DNA of 64,000 nt from Felis catus (Eukaryota): NCBI RefSeq assembly GCF_018350175.1, contig NC_058368.1:150476001-150540000 (forward strand), in the 5' to 3' direction. The position numbers were made by a program, and so were the translations under genes. This document shows positions 37,050-49,981 of the stretch, one piece after another. Under the pieces are notes generated by a model. The model was not told the origin of the DNA. It saw nothing but the letters and a program-made list of their open reading frames with translations, and did not search any database. Position 1 is the first letter of the stretch, and every line of letters begins with the position of its first letter.

Positions 37050-37960
37050 TGTCTGCAAATTGATTAGCTTCCAAAAGGTCTGCATGCCCATTTCCCCACA
37101 TTTTCTTCAATACTTGTGCAAACATTTTTGGCTGTTTTCTTAGGCAAAAATTACATCACATTGTTTTAGTTTTAATTTCTTTATTAGTGATTTTGAGCAT
37201 TTTTCTTTTTCTTTTGAGGGAAGTCATTTGTATTCATTTTAAATTTCTTACTTATTCCTTTTGCTTTTTTTTCTTCCTTGTTTTCCTTCTTGATTTTTAA
37301 AAGCTCATTATGCAGCAGTGCCATATATGTGGAAACATTTTTTTCCTTATTTCATAACTAACCACTTTATCTTATTGAAGATGTTTTCTGATCTGCAGAA
37401 GATTTTGTTTGCCATGGAGCTAAATCTATCAACTTCTGTGTTAGCATCTGCTTGGGGATCATGCTTAAGAAGATTTTCCTTGCCCCCAAATAATACAAAT
37501 ATGCACCTCGTATTTTCATATAATTTTAAGTCCTCATTGTTAATCTTTACATTTTTTATCATTTGGAATTGATTTTTACGTATGATGAAAAAGAAATGTA
37601 GCTGCATTTTTCCCCAAATAGTTCACAGTTCTCATAACATAACATCAGTAATTTCAAATGGCAATTTTATTATATATTAAAATTATATTAAAGTCTTACG
37701 TATACATATCAGGATGTTTCTGATTTTTCTAGGTTTTTAGTTACGTCCTATGAATCTGTCTACATTTCTGTGCTGACCCTCTCTGCTAATCATTGTAGTC
37801 TTGCCAAATTATTAAGTATCATTTAAAGTATCCCCCCTTATTAATACTTTTTAAAAAAAATTAACTATTACTGCTTTCTTGTCCTTGAACATAAATTAGA
37901 ATGCCATAAAAACGCCTGTGATGCTTTAACTTAAATATAATTAGATTTAGAAATTAACTT
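37050..37960 (-). mobile_element. Highly degraded L1ME-like fragment
   Basis: T-rich antisense L1 text (catgcttaagaagattttccttgcccc, tttttatcatttggaattgattttt). Confidence 0.6.
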
Positions 37961-38416
37961 GAGATATAGCACCCCATCTCTATCTTCATCATTGAAGTCA
38001 GCGCCTAGAACACAGCAAGTGCTAAATGTTGCTTGATTTAAGCAGATCAATGAATTTTTAGCTTCAGTTTGGACAGTATGCTAGGTGTGTCCCCTACAAG
38101 GATATAAAGTATATATCCATGGTTATATATCTTTATTTCTATTTATCTTTATATCTGTATCAATAGAAGTACCAAACCAAACTGGCATGATTCTCCTGGA
38201 CTGCATAAGATTAAATAATTTATTAAGTTCTTTGATGTTGGTCTTCAAGGCAAAAGCCAAATTCTTCTGTTATTACTGAGCTCTTTCTAGAGTTAAAATA
38301 TATGGAAATCAAATTAATCCCACTAACTCAGATATGAAAGAATAGTATTCTTAGTGAGGTAAGCAGAACTCTTCCCTGGCACAGACACACCTTCTCCAAG
38401 TAGCCAAACACTAACC

Positions 38417-39370
38417 CAGTAATTCCCCCTTATTCACAGGGGATATATTCCAAGGCCCCCACTGAATGCCTCAAATGCAGATAGGATGAAACTCTCTCTA
38501 TATTGTTTTTTCCTATACATACATACCTATGACCAAGTTTAATTTATAAATTCTGTACAGTAAGACATTAACAACAACAATGGCAAAATACAGATTTTCC
38601 TTGATTTATGATAAGGTTACATCCCAGTCTACCATCGTAAGTTGAAAATTAACTTGAAAATGCATTTAATGCATCTAACCTACCTAACATCATAGCTTGG
38701 CTTAGCCTACCTTAAATGTGCTCAGAACACTAGACTACAGCTGGGCAACATCATCTACACGAAGCCCCTTTTATACTAAAGTGTTGAACAGTTCATGTAA
38801 TTTATTGAGTACGGTAAAGGAGGTGTAGAGTGGGTGTATGGGTACAGAATGGTTGGAAGTGTATGAGTTGTTTACCCCCCTGCACACGTGGCTTATTGAG
38901 AGCTGTGGCTCGCTGCTGCCTGGCATCATGAGACAGTATTGCACTGCTTATCACCGGCCCGGGAAAAGATCAAAATTCAAAATTTAAAGTTAAGTTTCTA
39001 CTGAATACGTATCACTTTCTCACCAGTGCAAAAGTGAAAGATCATTAGGTCAAACCATCACAATTCAAGGACTATTGGTATAATAATTGTAACAATAAGC
39101 TGTAATAAAAGTTATATAAATGTGGTCTCTCTCAAAATATCTTATTATACTTTACTCACCCTTCTTGGGATGATGTGAGATGGTAAAAGGCCTACGTGGA
39201 CACAGAGTGAGGTGAATGAGGCAGGCATTGGGTCACAGAGGTAGGCTACTATTGACTTTCTGAAGATTCGTCAGAAGGATCAAATGGTTCCTCCACGCCC
39301 CCTGCTCCAGGTAACCATGGGTAACTGAAACCACAGCAAAAGCCAAACAGGGGAAAGCGAAACCACAGAT
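38417..39370. mobile_element. Tigger2-like DNA transposon, host of a nested element
   Basis: cagt...ccccttattcacaggggatatattccaag TIR, catacatacctatga...aataaaagttatataaatgtggtctctctcaaaatatc, gtaactgaaaccac. Confidence 0.85.
38591..39078. mobile_element. MER47/Tigger5-like element nested in Tigger2
   Basis: cagattttccttgatttatgat...aacatcatagcttggcttagcctaccttaaatgtgctcagaacac...aaccatcacaattcaaggactattgg; flanked by TA at 38589-38590 and 39079-39080. Confidence 0.85.
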
Positions 39371-39379
39371 GCCTACTTC

Positions 39380-40140
39380 TCTGAAGGACTTTTGCAGATG
39401 TAATTAATTCCCAAATCAGTTGACTTTAGAATGACTAACCTCAGTGGGGCCAACCCAATTAGCCGAGCTCTTAAAAAGAGACAGAGCTTTTCCTAAATAA
39501 AAGAGATTCAAGGGGTGCCTGGGTGGCTCAGTCGGTCAAGTGGTGGACTCTTGATTTCAGCTCAGGTCATGATCTCGTGGTTCATGAGTTCAGCCCTTCC
39601 AGAGGCTCTGCACAGAGCCTACCTGGGATTCTCTTTCCTCCCTCCCTCTCCCTCTGCCTCACTCTCTTCTCTGCCCCTCCCCTACTGGTGCAAGCACATG
39701 CACGCTCTCTCTCAAAATAAATGGATACACTTTTTTTAAAAAAGATTCAAAAGCTAAAAGGAATCTTCTATAACATAGAATCTCCACTGCTGATTTAAAG
39801 ACAGAAGAGCCACATGGCAAGGGATGTGGAAGCCTCTAGGGATCTGAAAGCAGCCTCCAGGTGTCAGCCAGCAAGGAAATATAATCTTCAGCCCCATAAC
39901 CACAAGGCACTGATGTCTGCCACAACCATAGCAGAATGCAGCTATGGAAGAATGCAGCACACAAATCCCTCAATTTTAGGCTTCCGAGACCCTGAGTGAA
40001 AAATCCAGTCTTGCTGTGATAGACTTTGGACTTGCAGAACTGCTAGGTAACCATTTTAACTGTTAGATTAAAAATGGATGTTATCTTCAGCCACAAGGTT
40101 TGTGGTCATTTGTTATACAGTGGTAGAAAACAACTATACT
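39380..40140 (+). mobile_element. MLT1E/F-like LTR interrupted by a SINE
   Basis: ggacttttgcagatgtaattaa...gccacatggcaagg...cagccagcaaggaaa...tttgtggtcatttgttatacag. Confidence 0.8.
39512..39740 (+). mobile_element. Can-SINE
   Basis: TSD agattcaa on both sides; head and tail present. Confidence 0.93.
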
Positions 40141-40383
40141 TGAATTGCAACTTAACTCATATATCATTGCATCCCAGATCTGAAGGTGCTAATATGACTT
40201 AAATTCACAGATAACCAACTTCCCTTATTGGTCAGAATTGGGTAAATCAAGAATCACTATCAAAAGCAATATAGAATATTTGCAGTAAGGCAAATTGCCT
40301 GTTTGTATGTGTCAATGGTAACCATTATATTTTAATATCTTTAATAATGAAAGGCAACATTGGAACAGAAAAAAAAAATCTCA

Positions 40384-40550
40384 GGTTGTCTGGGTGGCTC
40401 AGTCAGTTAAGCATCTGACTTTGTGCTCAGGTTATGATATCACGGTTTGTCAGTTCAAGCCCCACATCGGGCTCTGTGCTGATAGCTCAGAGCCTGGAGC
40501 CTGCTTCAGATCCTGTGTCTCCCTCTCTATCTGCCCCTCTCCCACTTGTG

Positions 40551-40600
<50 letters not shown>

Positions 40601-40652
40601 AATGAATAAACATGAAAAAAAAAACTTTTAATTAAAAAAAAACAAAAACAAA
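40384..40652 (+). mobile_element. Can-SINE
   Basis: Head, body, (CT)n and A tail. Confidence 0.95.
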
Positions 40653-42619
40653 ACCCTGTGTTCAGTACTCAGCCAAGGCTTTGTCTGGTAAATGTTTTGA
40701 AGTTGTCTCTTATCTACATTCTGTACTGTACCATGGTCTACCTCATTTTCTGATGCAACCTGGAGAACAAACACTGTGGAAGTGTCAGTCACACTTTCGT
40801 GTAAAATGTGTTTCTACAATAGTGGCATCTCAGTGGCTCCTTAGGCTCCTCCAAACATGTGATTGACAAAAGCCACTATTCAGGAAGGCCCTCACCTGCC
40901 CCATACAGTAGAAGTGGAAACAGTAGAAGAGTTCCATTTCTATTTAAAGAATAGAAGTGTTTTTAAGGTTTCACCTTGAAATGATTTCAGTCTTGCTATA
41001 TGGGAAAATGCAGAAGCAGATACACTAATACATAAGCTATCACAGAATCAGAGAGCAGAGCTGACCTATTCTTTTGAGCAGAGAAGTATCTCTCCTAACA
41101 TACACACATGGCATGTGTGTGCACATGTGGCAACTCAACAAAACCTGGATGAAAAAGAAAACGATTATGGAAAAGTTGGGCGTATAAGGACATTATTCCC
41201 TTTACACAAAGAATGCTTCCTTCTTTTAGGACAGCTCCAAAAACATGGCTTCGTTGTGTTTCAAACAAGGTTATTTTTTATAGTGGCAAGTTCACGCTTT
41301 CTCCCTTAGTAGAATAGTTCTGAAAATAAAAGAACTTGCTGTAGCCTACATTCCATGTATCAGTAAAGAACAGTATAGCCTCTAGTCGATGACCTTAACC
41401 TCTCTTCTTCATTTGCTGGCCTTTTATGGGGATTAGTAACTCTCTGAGTTGAGTCTCTATAATAGCTTATCACCTTTGGCAATGGAAAATCAGGGCTTAG
41501 AATCCTCTTTTGAAAGGATGAACACAAATATCATCTTTACGGTACAAGTACTAGTACAGCCTGATATGTATAAGAAATCTCTTAAGCTTCTGTACCCCCT
41601 TCATGCAAGCTCCTGAGATCAAAAAGTTACTTCACTGGCTTTCAGCTAAATTGCACCTATGAGATCTAGCCCAATAACCAATACCAGGCCAGCCAAAGAA
41701 AGATCCTGTTGCATGCAGACTACCTTCATAATTTCAGTACTTCACATGTCACCAAATCTAGAATGAATCATGGTATTCTGGTAAACTCATGATATGACTC
41801 TGGAGTTACTGTAAACATAGCTTTTTCAAAAACCATCATGCTATAATAATGCCTTCAATGACATGTTTAAGTAAATAACAAAAGGAAGCAAAATTCAACT
41901 TGGGTGAGAATTTTTTTTCCTAACATTTTTTAAATCTAAATTGAGTCTAAATCACATAATCACATTGACATGGGTGTTGAGTCCAAGGAAAAATTTTAAT
42001 ACATTCTCCATATTACATTTCAGTTGATTTTTTTAAGGAGGAAATTGAAAAAAGTTTGGTCTTTTTTTCTCTCCAAAATCCTTGGTGGAGGATGGATGAT
42101 GGTAATGGGAGAGATAACAAAGAGATTACTTGGTTTGAAAATCTACCACCGAGCAATGCAGACCTGAAGAGGCTATGAGAGCCTCACAAGCTAACTCCCA
42201 GAGATCCTGGAAAGCTGTTTGAAATTCAAGGCTATTTCTTTTTTTTTTTAAACATAACTGAAATAATGCCTGTTCTATATTTATGACCATTTCCTTGACA
42301 ATCTGGGAGAATCTGTGCTTTTGGCCAAAAATTGACTTTCAACAACACTGCTTCCTGATGGAACTTGAAATAATGCCTCCATGTCTCCTGAATATCTTAC
42401 AATGACATCTGGAACAATGGAAAAAGAGAATCACAAGTAAATTGGCACCAGGAAGGTGATCCCCTAAGGAACCTGGCTATTCACACTAATAAACTGAAGT
42501 ATAATAATGTAACTCTTTAGAGATCATGGCTTTTAAAGAATAACCTACTTTAAACGAAATCATGCACAGAAGTAAAGCGGGATCATACATTTTTGTTCAG
42601 CTTCTCTGTGTCAAGACCT

Positions 42620-42940
42620 TCGGTACATGATCTCATTTAGTTGTCACAATATCCCTGACAGGATAAACAATACTATCCTCGCTTTATAGCAGAGGAAATG
42701 GAGGCACGGGAAGGTTAAATAACTTGTCTATAGTCATACAGTCTATGGGGTGCCTGGCTGGCTGGGTTGGTGGAGCATGTGACTCTTGATCTCCGGGTCA
42801 TGAGGTTTGAGCCCCATATTGGGTGTGGAGCCTACTAAAAAACAAACAAACAAAGAAACAAATGAAAGAACAAACAAAACTTATAGTCTTACAGTCTATA
42901 AATGGCAGAGTCAAAGTTTAACCCATAATCTCCTGCTCTT
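42620..42940 (-). mobile_element. MIR interrupted by a short SINE
   Basis: tctcatttagttgtcacaa...gaggaaatggaggcacgggaaggttaaataacttg...aaatggcagagtc. Confidence 0.8.
42747..42881 (+). mobile_element. Short old Can-SINE
   Basis: 18-bp TSD tatagtcWtacagtctat at 42729-42746 and 42882-42899; (AAAC)n tail. Confidence 0.92.
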
Positions 42941-43321
42941 AATTTTATAATATGAATAAAGATTTTCTTCTTTATTCTTACAGAATAAAGGTCTCACCCA
43001 AGTGAGGTCTAACACTTATAACAGAAGTCCATGCATATGCCATTCACAGGGCATCAGATCAGAGAATTAGAGGAATACATCTGTTCTTAGGTCAGAATAG
43101 GAAAAGGAACCCAAACTGCAATAAATTACACCAAGAAGTAGTGATAATGAATAAAGAATCAAAGATATCAATTGAAAGAAATGGAGAAGACAGCAACAAA
43201 TACACCATAAATTAATTAATTAATTAATTAATGATGAAATAGATTTTTAAAGCAAAAAATATAACACTGTTCTTAATTTTTTTTCTCTTTTAATTCCTCT
43301 GCCCTACCATGTTATCTTGAA

Positions 43322-43425
43322 ATAGGATGACTATATATTTTATCAAATTGGGATAGTTTTGAAAGTCAAAGGAGGCTCTATTAAAAATTATCCTGGTTTA
43401 ACAAGAACTTTAAACACTGTGACAA
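43322..43425. mobile_element. MER81-like (hAT-Blackjack) fragment
   Basis: taggatgactatatattttatcaaattgggatagttttgaaagtcaaaggaggctctattaaaaattat resembles MER81. Confidence 0.6.
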
Positions 43426-44948
43426 TGAAGGATGATGAGAAGTTTCATTCTATGGCAAATAGTTCCTTTTGGAGTAGGGATGGTTGTAAGCAAAATACAC
43501 CTTTCTTGTATCTTTAGGGCCACAAAACTTCCCTACAATTTCTAGTTTTCCCCCTAAAGCTGGCTTCCTGTGGCTACCAAAATGTACCTTTTAGGGGAAA
43601 AGATCTTATGAGGCATTAGTGACTGGATATATGACTATCCCAGGAGTATTTAAATTTTAACATAAACCTATTTCATAAACTAAAGGAATGAATTTCTGAC
43701 TGTAAAGTATCTGGCATAAGCAGCACCCATATTTGGGGAAGCCAAGAGGCTCCTTGGCACCTGTTAAAAAGTCCCATCCACAAGCCAGAGAAGCCCTACT
43801 TATCAAGTCACCTTCAGCCATAAATATAAGCGAAACGAACTCCAGGGATATGTCTTTATGAAAGACCAAGGTTATCAGAAAACAGACATTAAGTCATTCA
43901 ACTGAAGTTGTAAAATGTAAGCCAGAGGAAACCTTGTAGATCTCAGCTCTCAATATTTTTTTTCTATTCACAATGTGAAAAGTTGTCATCAGAAAAATGG
44001 TCATGGTTCATAACTGTCCTTGTTGGAGAAAGCCTGAATGCCCCACCAAAATAAATCAATCAGTCTAGAAGAGGATTATGAGATCAGAGTAATCATAGGC
44101 ACAAATGAATAGGTATTTACCTAGGACCATGGTGGCACAGAAAAGTCATTGAGGCATGTTTAATAAATTCAGTAAAGAATGAATGAGTGAACTAACAAGT
44201 GATATAAGTGAACCTATGACAAGAGATTAGATCAGGCCTCTACCCAAATCATCTGACTTCAAGTTAAGTATTCTTTTGACAACATAAGACAATCCCCAGC
44301 TCTGAAAAGTAATAGCGTTATACATAGGATAGTAGCTATTTAAACAAAGCAAAATAAAATCTGCAATCAATAAAATCTTCCCTTGAAGTGGAAACAGTAG
44401 AGAATATAAGAAATGGATGGAGAGAAATTGGGGTTTAGAGATGAACGCATTCAGGAACTAGAAAGCAAGAGTCACTTCTGGGATTAGAAAGACAAATGAA
44501 AAAAAAATAGTATGTCTTAAAAGCGGGGCAAGGATGTAAAGAAGACTGAGGAGAAAACAGAGAAGACAAAAAAGAATACTTTTTGTTTTTATTTTTATTC
44601 AGTAACTAGAAAGTGAATGTTTCCATCAAAAAATAATTAAATGAAGCCACATGACAGAGTTACAAACAACAGGGTCTGGAGAAAAGGAAGAGAGAGGCAT
44701 CGATGCTGAGGAATGGAGATGTACAAAGTTATAAGCCATAGGAGGAACAGAGGAAGAGGTACAGCCTCAAAATATATGAAGGTTGATAAAGGAACGCAGA
44801 ATCCGCAAAGGAAATGTTACTTGAAGTAACCGATAAGCAACAGAACCTATCAGAGAGAAAATCCAAGCATGACATTTTAAAATTAAGCATAATTAGAAGG
44901 AAGGAAAGCAAACATCAGAAGTGATAAGGCAAATACACAAGACCATGT

Positions 44949-44952
<4 letters not shown>

Positions 44953-44987
<35 letters not shown>
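44953..44987. repeat. (CA)n microsatellite
   Basis: About 17 units. Confidence 0.97.
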
Positions 44988-44989
<2 letters not shown>

Positions 44990-46466
44990 TAATGGTAAAA
45001 GAACAAAGGGAAGAAAGGAGAAAAAATAAGGGGAAAAGAAATCAAAGAAAACAGAGTTTTTTTTTCTTTAGAAAATTCTATCCTAAAACTTCCCATCTCC
45101 ATCCATACACACACTCTGCAAAGAACCAGACACGCAACTCTTTTCCCAGACACTGAGAATGTCTTTGCCCCCAGACGCCACCCCTCAGCCCCCCTCACGG
45201 AAATTCTCCTGGGAAAAGCAACTGCTCAGGCAGCAGTGGCTGGGTTGGTCCTTCATTAGAATAGTTCCCACAGGCATGTGTCCTCGCTAGCAATACACAG
45301 GAATCCCATATGGCACAATCTGGATCTCACAGAGGTGGAATCTGCATAGAGGAGGAAGAAGCCAGGGCCAGCACAAAAGCAGAGACATGCATGTACATTG
45401 GCTCCATGCCCTCTGACCCAGCTCTGCGCCTGTTCCCACACTTGGTGCAAACCCAGGAGAGTGTGTCTGAGGGCCTGTGGGCAGCAGCAGTGTGTCCCGG
45501 GGTGAGGGTGGGGCTGAAAGGAAGCCTAGAATTAGTCCCTCGACAGTGCATGGATCAATTTTAAGGCAGTGCCCTGTCATCCAAAAAGAAAACCTACGTG
45601 TGTCTGCAATTAACCCTGTTAGCATGGGTCTAGCATTGTCCTACTGCCAAGCAGATGACCTGTAAGAGAGCGGACCACTGCAGAACATTCCTCTGATCTC
45701 CAACTCAGTTGTCTGCCATTTGTGACTAGAACCGACAGACTTAACCAGTAAAGGCTTCATTTGTGTATGTATGGGCATAGGTTTGAGGTGGACCTCTAGC
45801 TTACGCCAGTGTTTGTATGTTACTTGGCACTTCTTGAATGAAAGAAACTGCACACATTAACAAGTGTGAGCTAATTAATTCCTGGTACCAGCCATTTATT
45901 CCATAGTTGGCATTTTTATAATTACAATTCAAACACACAAGAAAAATTATCACTATAACTCATGTTTACATTCAGGGGTGGGTATTTTATTTTTGAAATG
46001 AAAATGCCTTTTCAATTTTTCTGATTTTTTTTCTGCACGCATTTCAAGTACTTTAACACAAAGCGCTTAGGCGAGGCAGCATGAAATACAACTTCCGACA
46101 TCCTTATTCAACTTTTTTTCTTTTCCTGGTTTGAAACAATATGATGATTTTGATTGCGAAGGAAATTTTAAACCTTCTCCAGTAAGGTTTTCTGGTGTCC
46201 GCTGCGTGCTTGAAAAGAAATAAGGGCCCTGAGGAAATGCATTGAATTATTCAGGAACAAGGGAAAACATCCATCTCTCGATTCTTGGCATCCTAGACTC
46301 CTAAAAACGGACATGGTGGGCCTTCCCAACTCACATGCCCTCTCCCAGTGCTCTGGGCTCTTGTCTAACAGAACATCTGCTTTATGAAGACTATGTGGTC
46401 TTGATTTGCCATGCATCTTCACACATGACCCAAAATCCAGGCAAACTGCCTCACTTGAATTTTAAA

Positions 46467-46697
46467 TCTTTTTTTTAAAGTTTTACTTATTTATTTGTTT
46501 GTTTGATTATTTATTTACTTTTGAGAGAGAGAATGTGCACGCGAGCAGATGAGAGGGGCAGAGAGAGAGAATCCCAAGCAGGCTCCATGATGTTAGCTCA
46601 GAGCTGGATGCGGGGCCGAACTCACAAACCGTGAAATCATGACATGCACCAAAATTGAGAGTCAGAAGTTTAACCCACTGAGCCACCCAAGCATCCC
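46467..46697 (-). mobile_element. Can-SINE
   Basis: 19-bp TSD gcctSacttgaattttaaa at 46448-46466 and 46698-46716. Confidence 0.96.
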
Positions 46698-46729
46698 GCC
46701 TGACTTGAATTTTAAAACAGATGACTCAC

Positions 46730-46878
46730 CAAGCCCCACGTCGGGCTCTGTGCTGACAGCTCAGAGCCTGGAGCCTGCTTTGGATTCTGTGTCTCCCTCT
46801 CTCTCTGCCCCTCCCCCACTCACACGCTGTCTCTCTCTGTCTCTCAAACATAAACAAACATTAAAAAAAATTTTTTTG
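46730..46878 (+). mobile_element. 5'-truncated Can-SINE
   Basis: Starts within the B-box region (caagccccacgtcgggctc); perfect TSD aaacagatgactcac at 46715-46729 and 46879-46893. Confidence 0.95.
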
Positions 46879-47567
46879 AAACAGATGACTCACAAAGTGG
46901 TAAAAGAAAAAGGTGCTGTGTGGGGCACTAAAGACACCAGAATTTATTTGTTATGAAGCTGCAAGCATGGTTATCGTAAATGCCCACCATGTGTTCCCTG
47001 TGTTCAGGAACCAACCACTGCATCCTGCAACCCCCTATGTCACTCCCGAAGCGGGGAGTTGCTTCTTTGGGAGCAGGAATGGTGTAATGGCAGTCCTGCT
47101 CTCTCAGAATGTGTCTGACCGATTTCAGTACGGGTCAGATGGTGAGAGGAGAAAACGAGAAAGAATCAGGGAGATGAGTGAAAGAAAATTAGGACACTGG
47201 TTTTTTAACACAATTAATAATATTAGCTAATTTGAAATCACAGAAGGGACTTGTTTTCTTTTGGTTTTTGGCTGTTTGTTGGTCGTTTTCTGATTTGAAC
47301 CATAATCGTATCTTCAAGCAAAAATAGTGCTTAAACATTGTAACACCTTCTGGTGCATATTATATAGACCTAACCAGAGTAAAATAACATACCATATATA
47401 TTGCCTATCACTGTCTTTATCAAGAGTTCCCACAAGATGCTAAAAATAGCCTCTAGCCTAATGTTATCTTCTTTTAACATGTCACTCAAATTTAAAATAT
47501 AACAAGGCAGCATCTGTAAATAGGCAAATTCTACGTCTAAAAAAATAAATTTTTCTAAATTAAATGC

Positions 47568-47792
47568 TCTTTTTTGTCTCTTTTTTTAAGTTCTTTAAAA
47601 TTTATTTATTTTGAGAGACAGTGCGAGTGGGGGAAGGGCAGAGAGAGGGAGGGAGAGAGAGAATCCAAAGCAGGCTCTGACCTGCCAGTGCAGAGCCAGA
47701 CGTGGGGCTTGAACTCACCAGAACATGAGACCATGATCTGAGCTTAAACCAAGAGTTGGGCGCTCAACCAACTGAAGCACCCAAGTACCCCT
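47568..47792 (-). mobile_element. Can-SINE
   Basis: TSD tctaaRttaaatgYtct. Confidence 0.95.
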
Positions 47793-49943
47793 CTAAGTTA
47801 AATGTTCTGATAAAAAATTTGGAGACAATGATTGTATCATAAGGTCTTTGTCACTCAATAGCAAGGTGGAGTACGGTTAAAATTCTAGGCAGTTTGCGGG
47901 CATGAAATAATTTGGGGGGTTCTGGGCTTGTCTCCCAGTCCCTCCTGCACTGGCCTGAATAAATGCCCACACCGGCATGCCCAGAATGCCAGTGCCAACA
48001 CTGGATTTCTCTGGATTTCTTTGGAGTAAATGATATCCACTCCAAGGGTCTGCTTTTAAGGTACAGATTCCCAACTGAGAAGTCCAGAAGTGATGTCTCT
48101 AACACTGTAATGTTAAATGAGAGGCCTGAGGGTATTGCTTACTGGAATGGGAGGGATCTGTGCAAGAAGGAAGCAGGACCAAACCCTGAAAACCATTAAG
48201 AGTCACTGAGGGCAAACGATACCTACCTCCCCCTTAAACTAGAGAGGTATTGTCAAGCTCTCAGTATAAAACTGCCCTATGGCCAGGGCCACCCTCATCT
48301 CAGGCTGTCAACAGGCGTACTCAGTCACCGCCAAGGGGGTTGCTGTTCGCGTACTAACAGCACCCTGTGGCAAGCCTGTGAGGATCATCTTCTGGTCTTT
48401 GTAGATAGGACTTTGAAGGAATTTGTTTGGAGTATTTGGAATCGTTTGTGATACTGGCATTTTACAGTATAAAACTCACAAAGTTCAAGTTCTATTTTAA
48501 AGCGCTCTACCTTTTTTTAAACCCATGCCCATCTGTTCACAGCTGTTTCTAGATGAAAAACGGACCACAGTCTCTTGACTGACAGTGACTCTCACTACAA
48601 TATACCAAAACCAGGAACGTTTCAATCAGTTGTCTTCATAATCTGTCCTAGGATTTCTCAGTTGCCCTCGTAACATTCTTCCATTATATCAGTGCTCTTT
48701 TAACAGAAGGCATTTTAGAACAGGGAAAAGAAAAGTTAACTTCTTTTGGAACACCCCTTAAAGTCATACCGTCCCCAGAATCCCATACGTGAAACAATTA
48801 GCAGATTGATTCTAACGCACAGAGGGGTGCACCCTTTCTGTGCCACTGCCCTGATGGGCTCTTGCAAATTCAGAAGGCGGCCGTCTCTGCCAGCCTCCCC
48901 TCCCATCACCTCAGCAACAGAAACCCTCCGATGCACAGGTCACTCCACTGCGGCTTTGACAAGCACGCATTCCCTGTGGGTGGTCTGCCTTTTACAAGTG
49001 TTTGGGCACAAATACATTAATGTGGCCTTTTTTTCAAAGCAGCTGATCCTTCTATGCTTGCATGGAAAAATCACCACACCAGTTCTCTGCTGTCTAAAAT
49101 ACTTTTCTTAAAATGGAGCAGATCCAAACACTGCACAATTTCAGATGGTTGTAGATTCCCAGATTCTCATTGCCCTTCTGCCATCCAGTCAAAAGCTTAT
49201 GCATTGTATTCATGTTTTCAGCTCTGCTGTCCTCAGAGCATCTCCATGCTTTGCTGCACTGCAATGATATTTAGTGTCCTGTCAGTTCCCCGGTGGCAAG
49301 GAGTGCAACCAAATGGTTTGCTACTTAATCGGCACAAACTGTGAGCGCTTAGAAACCAGACACAGGAAAGGTTGTTCCTTGATTACAATATCAAAATGCT
49401 TTTTAAATAACAAAAATTGCTTTGGCCTATTGGCAAGCAAAAATGTGCTCCTAAATCTTTGTTCTAATTAAGAAAAAACAACAGTATTTTCAAAATCAGC
49501 TTTATATTGATATCTGCAAATGAAGTTAATTCAATTTAGATGAGAAACCGGGCACTTTTTTTTTTTTTTTTTACATAGAACAGGTTGTTCAGAGTCTCTG
49601 AAAGTATTAAACTATTTTCCTCGTGATTGGAAGGAAACATTCTTCACAACAGCTGTAACCTGAAGGCGAAAATGCCTAATTCAGTCGTAGATTATTAAAA
49701 AGCAGCAGGACGTACTCAAAATGAAAGGCCCTTAGTTCTTCAGATTGAGGTGACTAGTTAAGGAGAGAAACAGCAGGACTTTTCAAGGGTTCTTTTTGAG
49801 GTCTGAGTTCTAAGAAAGTTGCAACGGCTTCTCAAAGTTCCGGTGGCTCAGGAAAGAAGCTACCAAATTAAATTGATTGCTTTTAAAGGGAGAGGAAGAT
49901 GAGCGAGTGAACAGTGAATTATTCACAAGGCCCCATTAATGAA

Positions 49944-49945
<2 letters not shown>

Positions 49946-49979
<34 letters not shown>
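49946..49979. repeat. (GT)n microsatellite
   Basis: About 17 units. Confidence 0.97.

Positions 49980-49981
<2 letters not shown>

Noticed and set aside
40911..44401. Exact 17-mer gaagtggaaacagtaga at 40911-40927 and 44385-44401
   Set aside because: No flanking similarity; roughly 0.1 such matches are expected by chance in 64 kb, more with AT bias.
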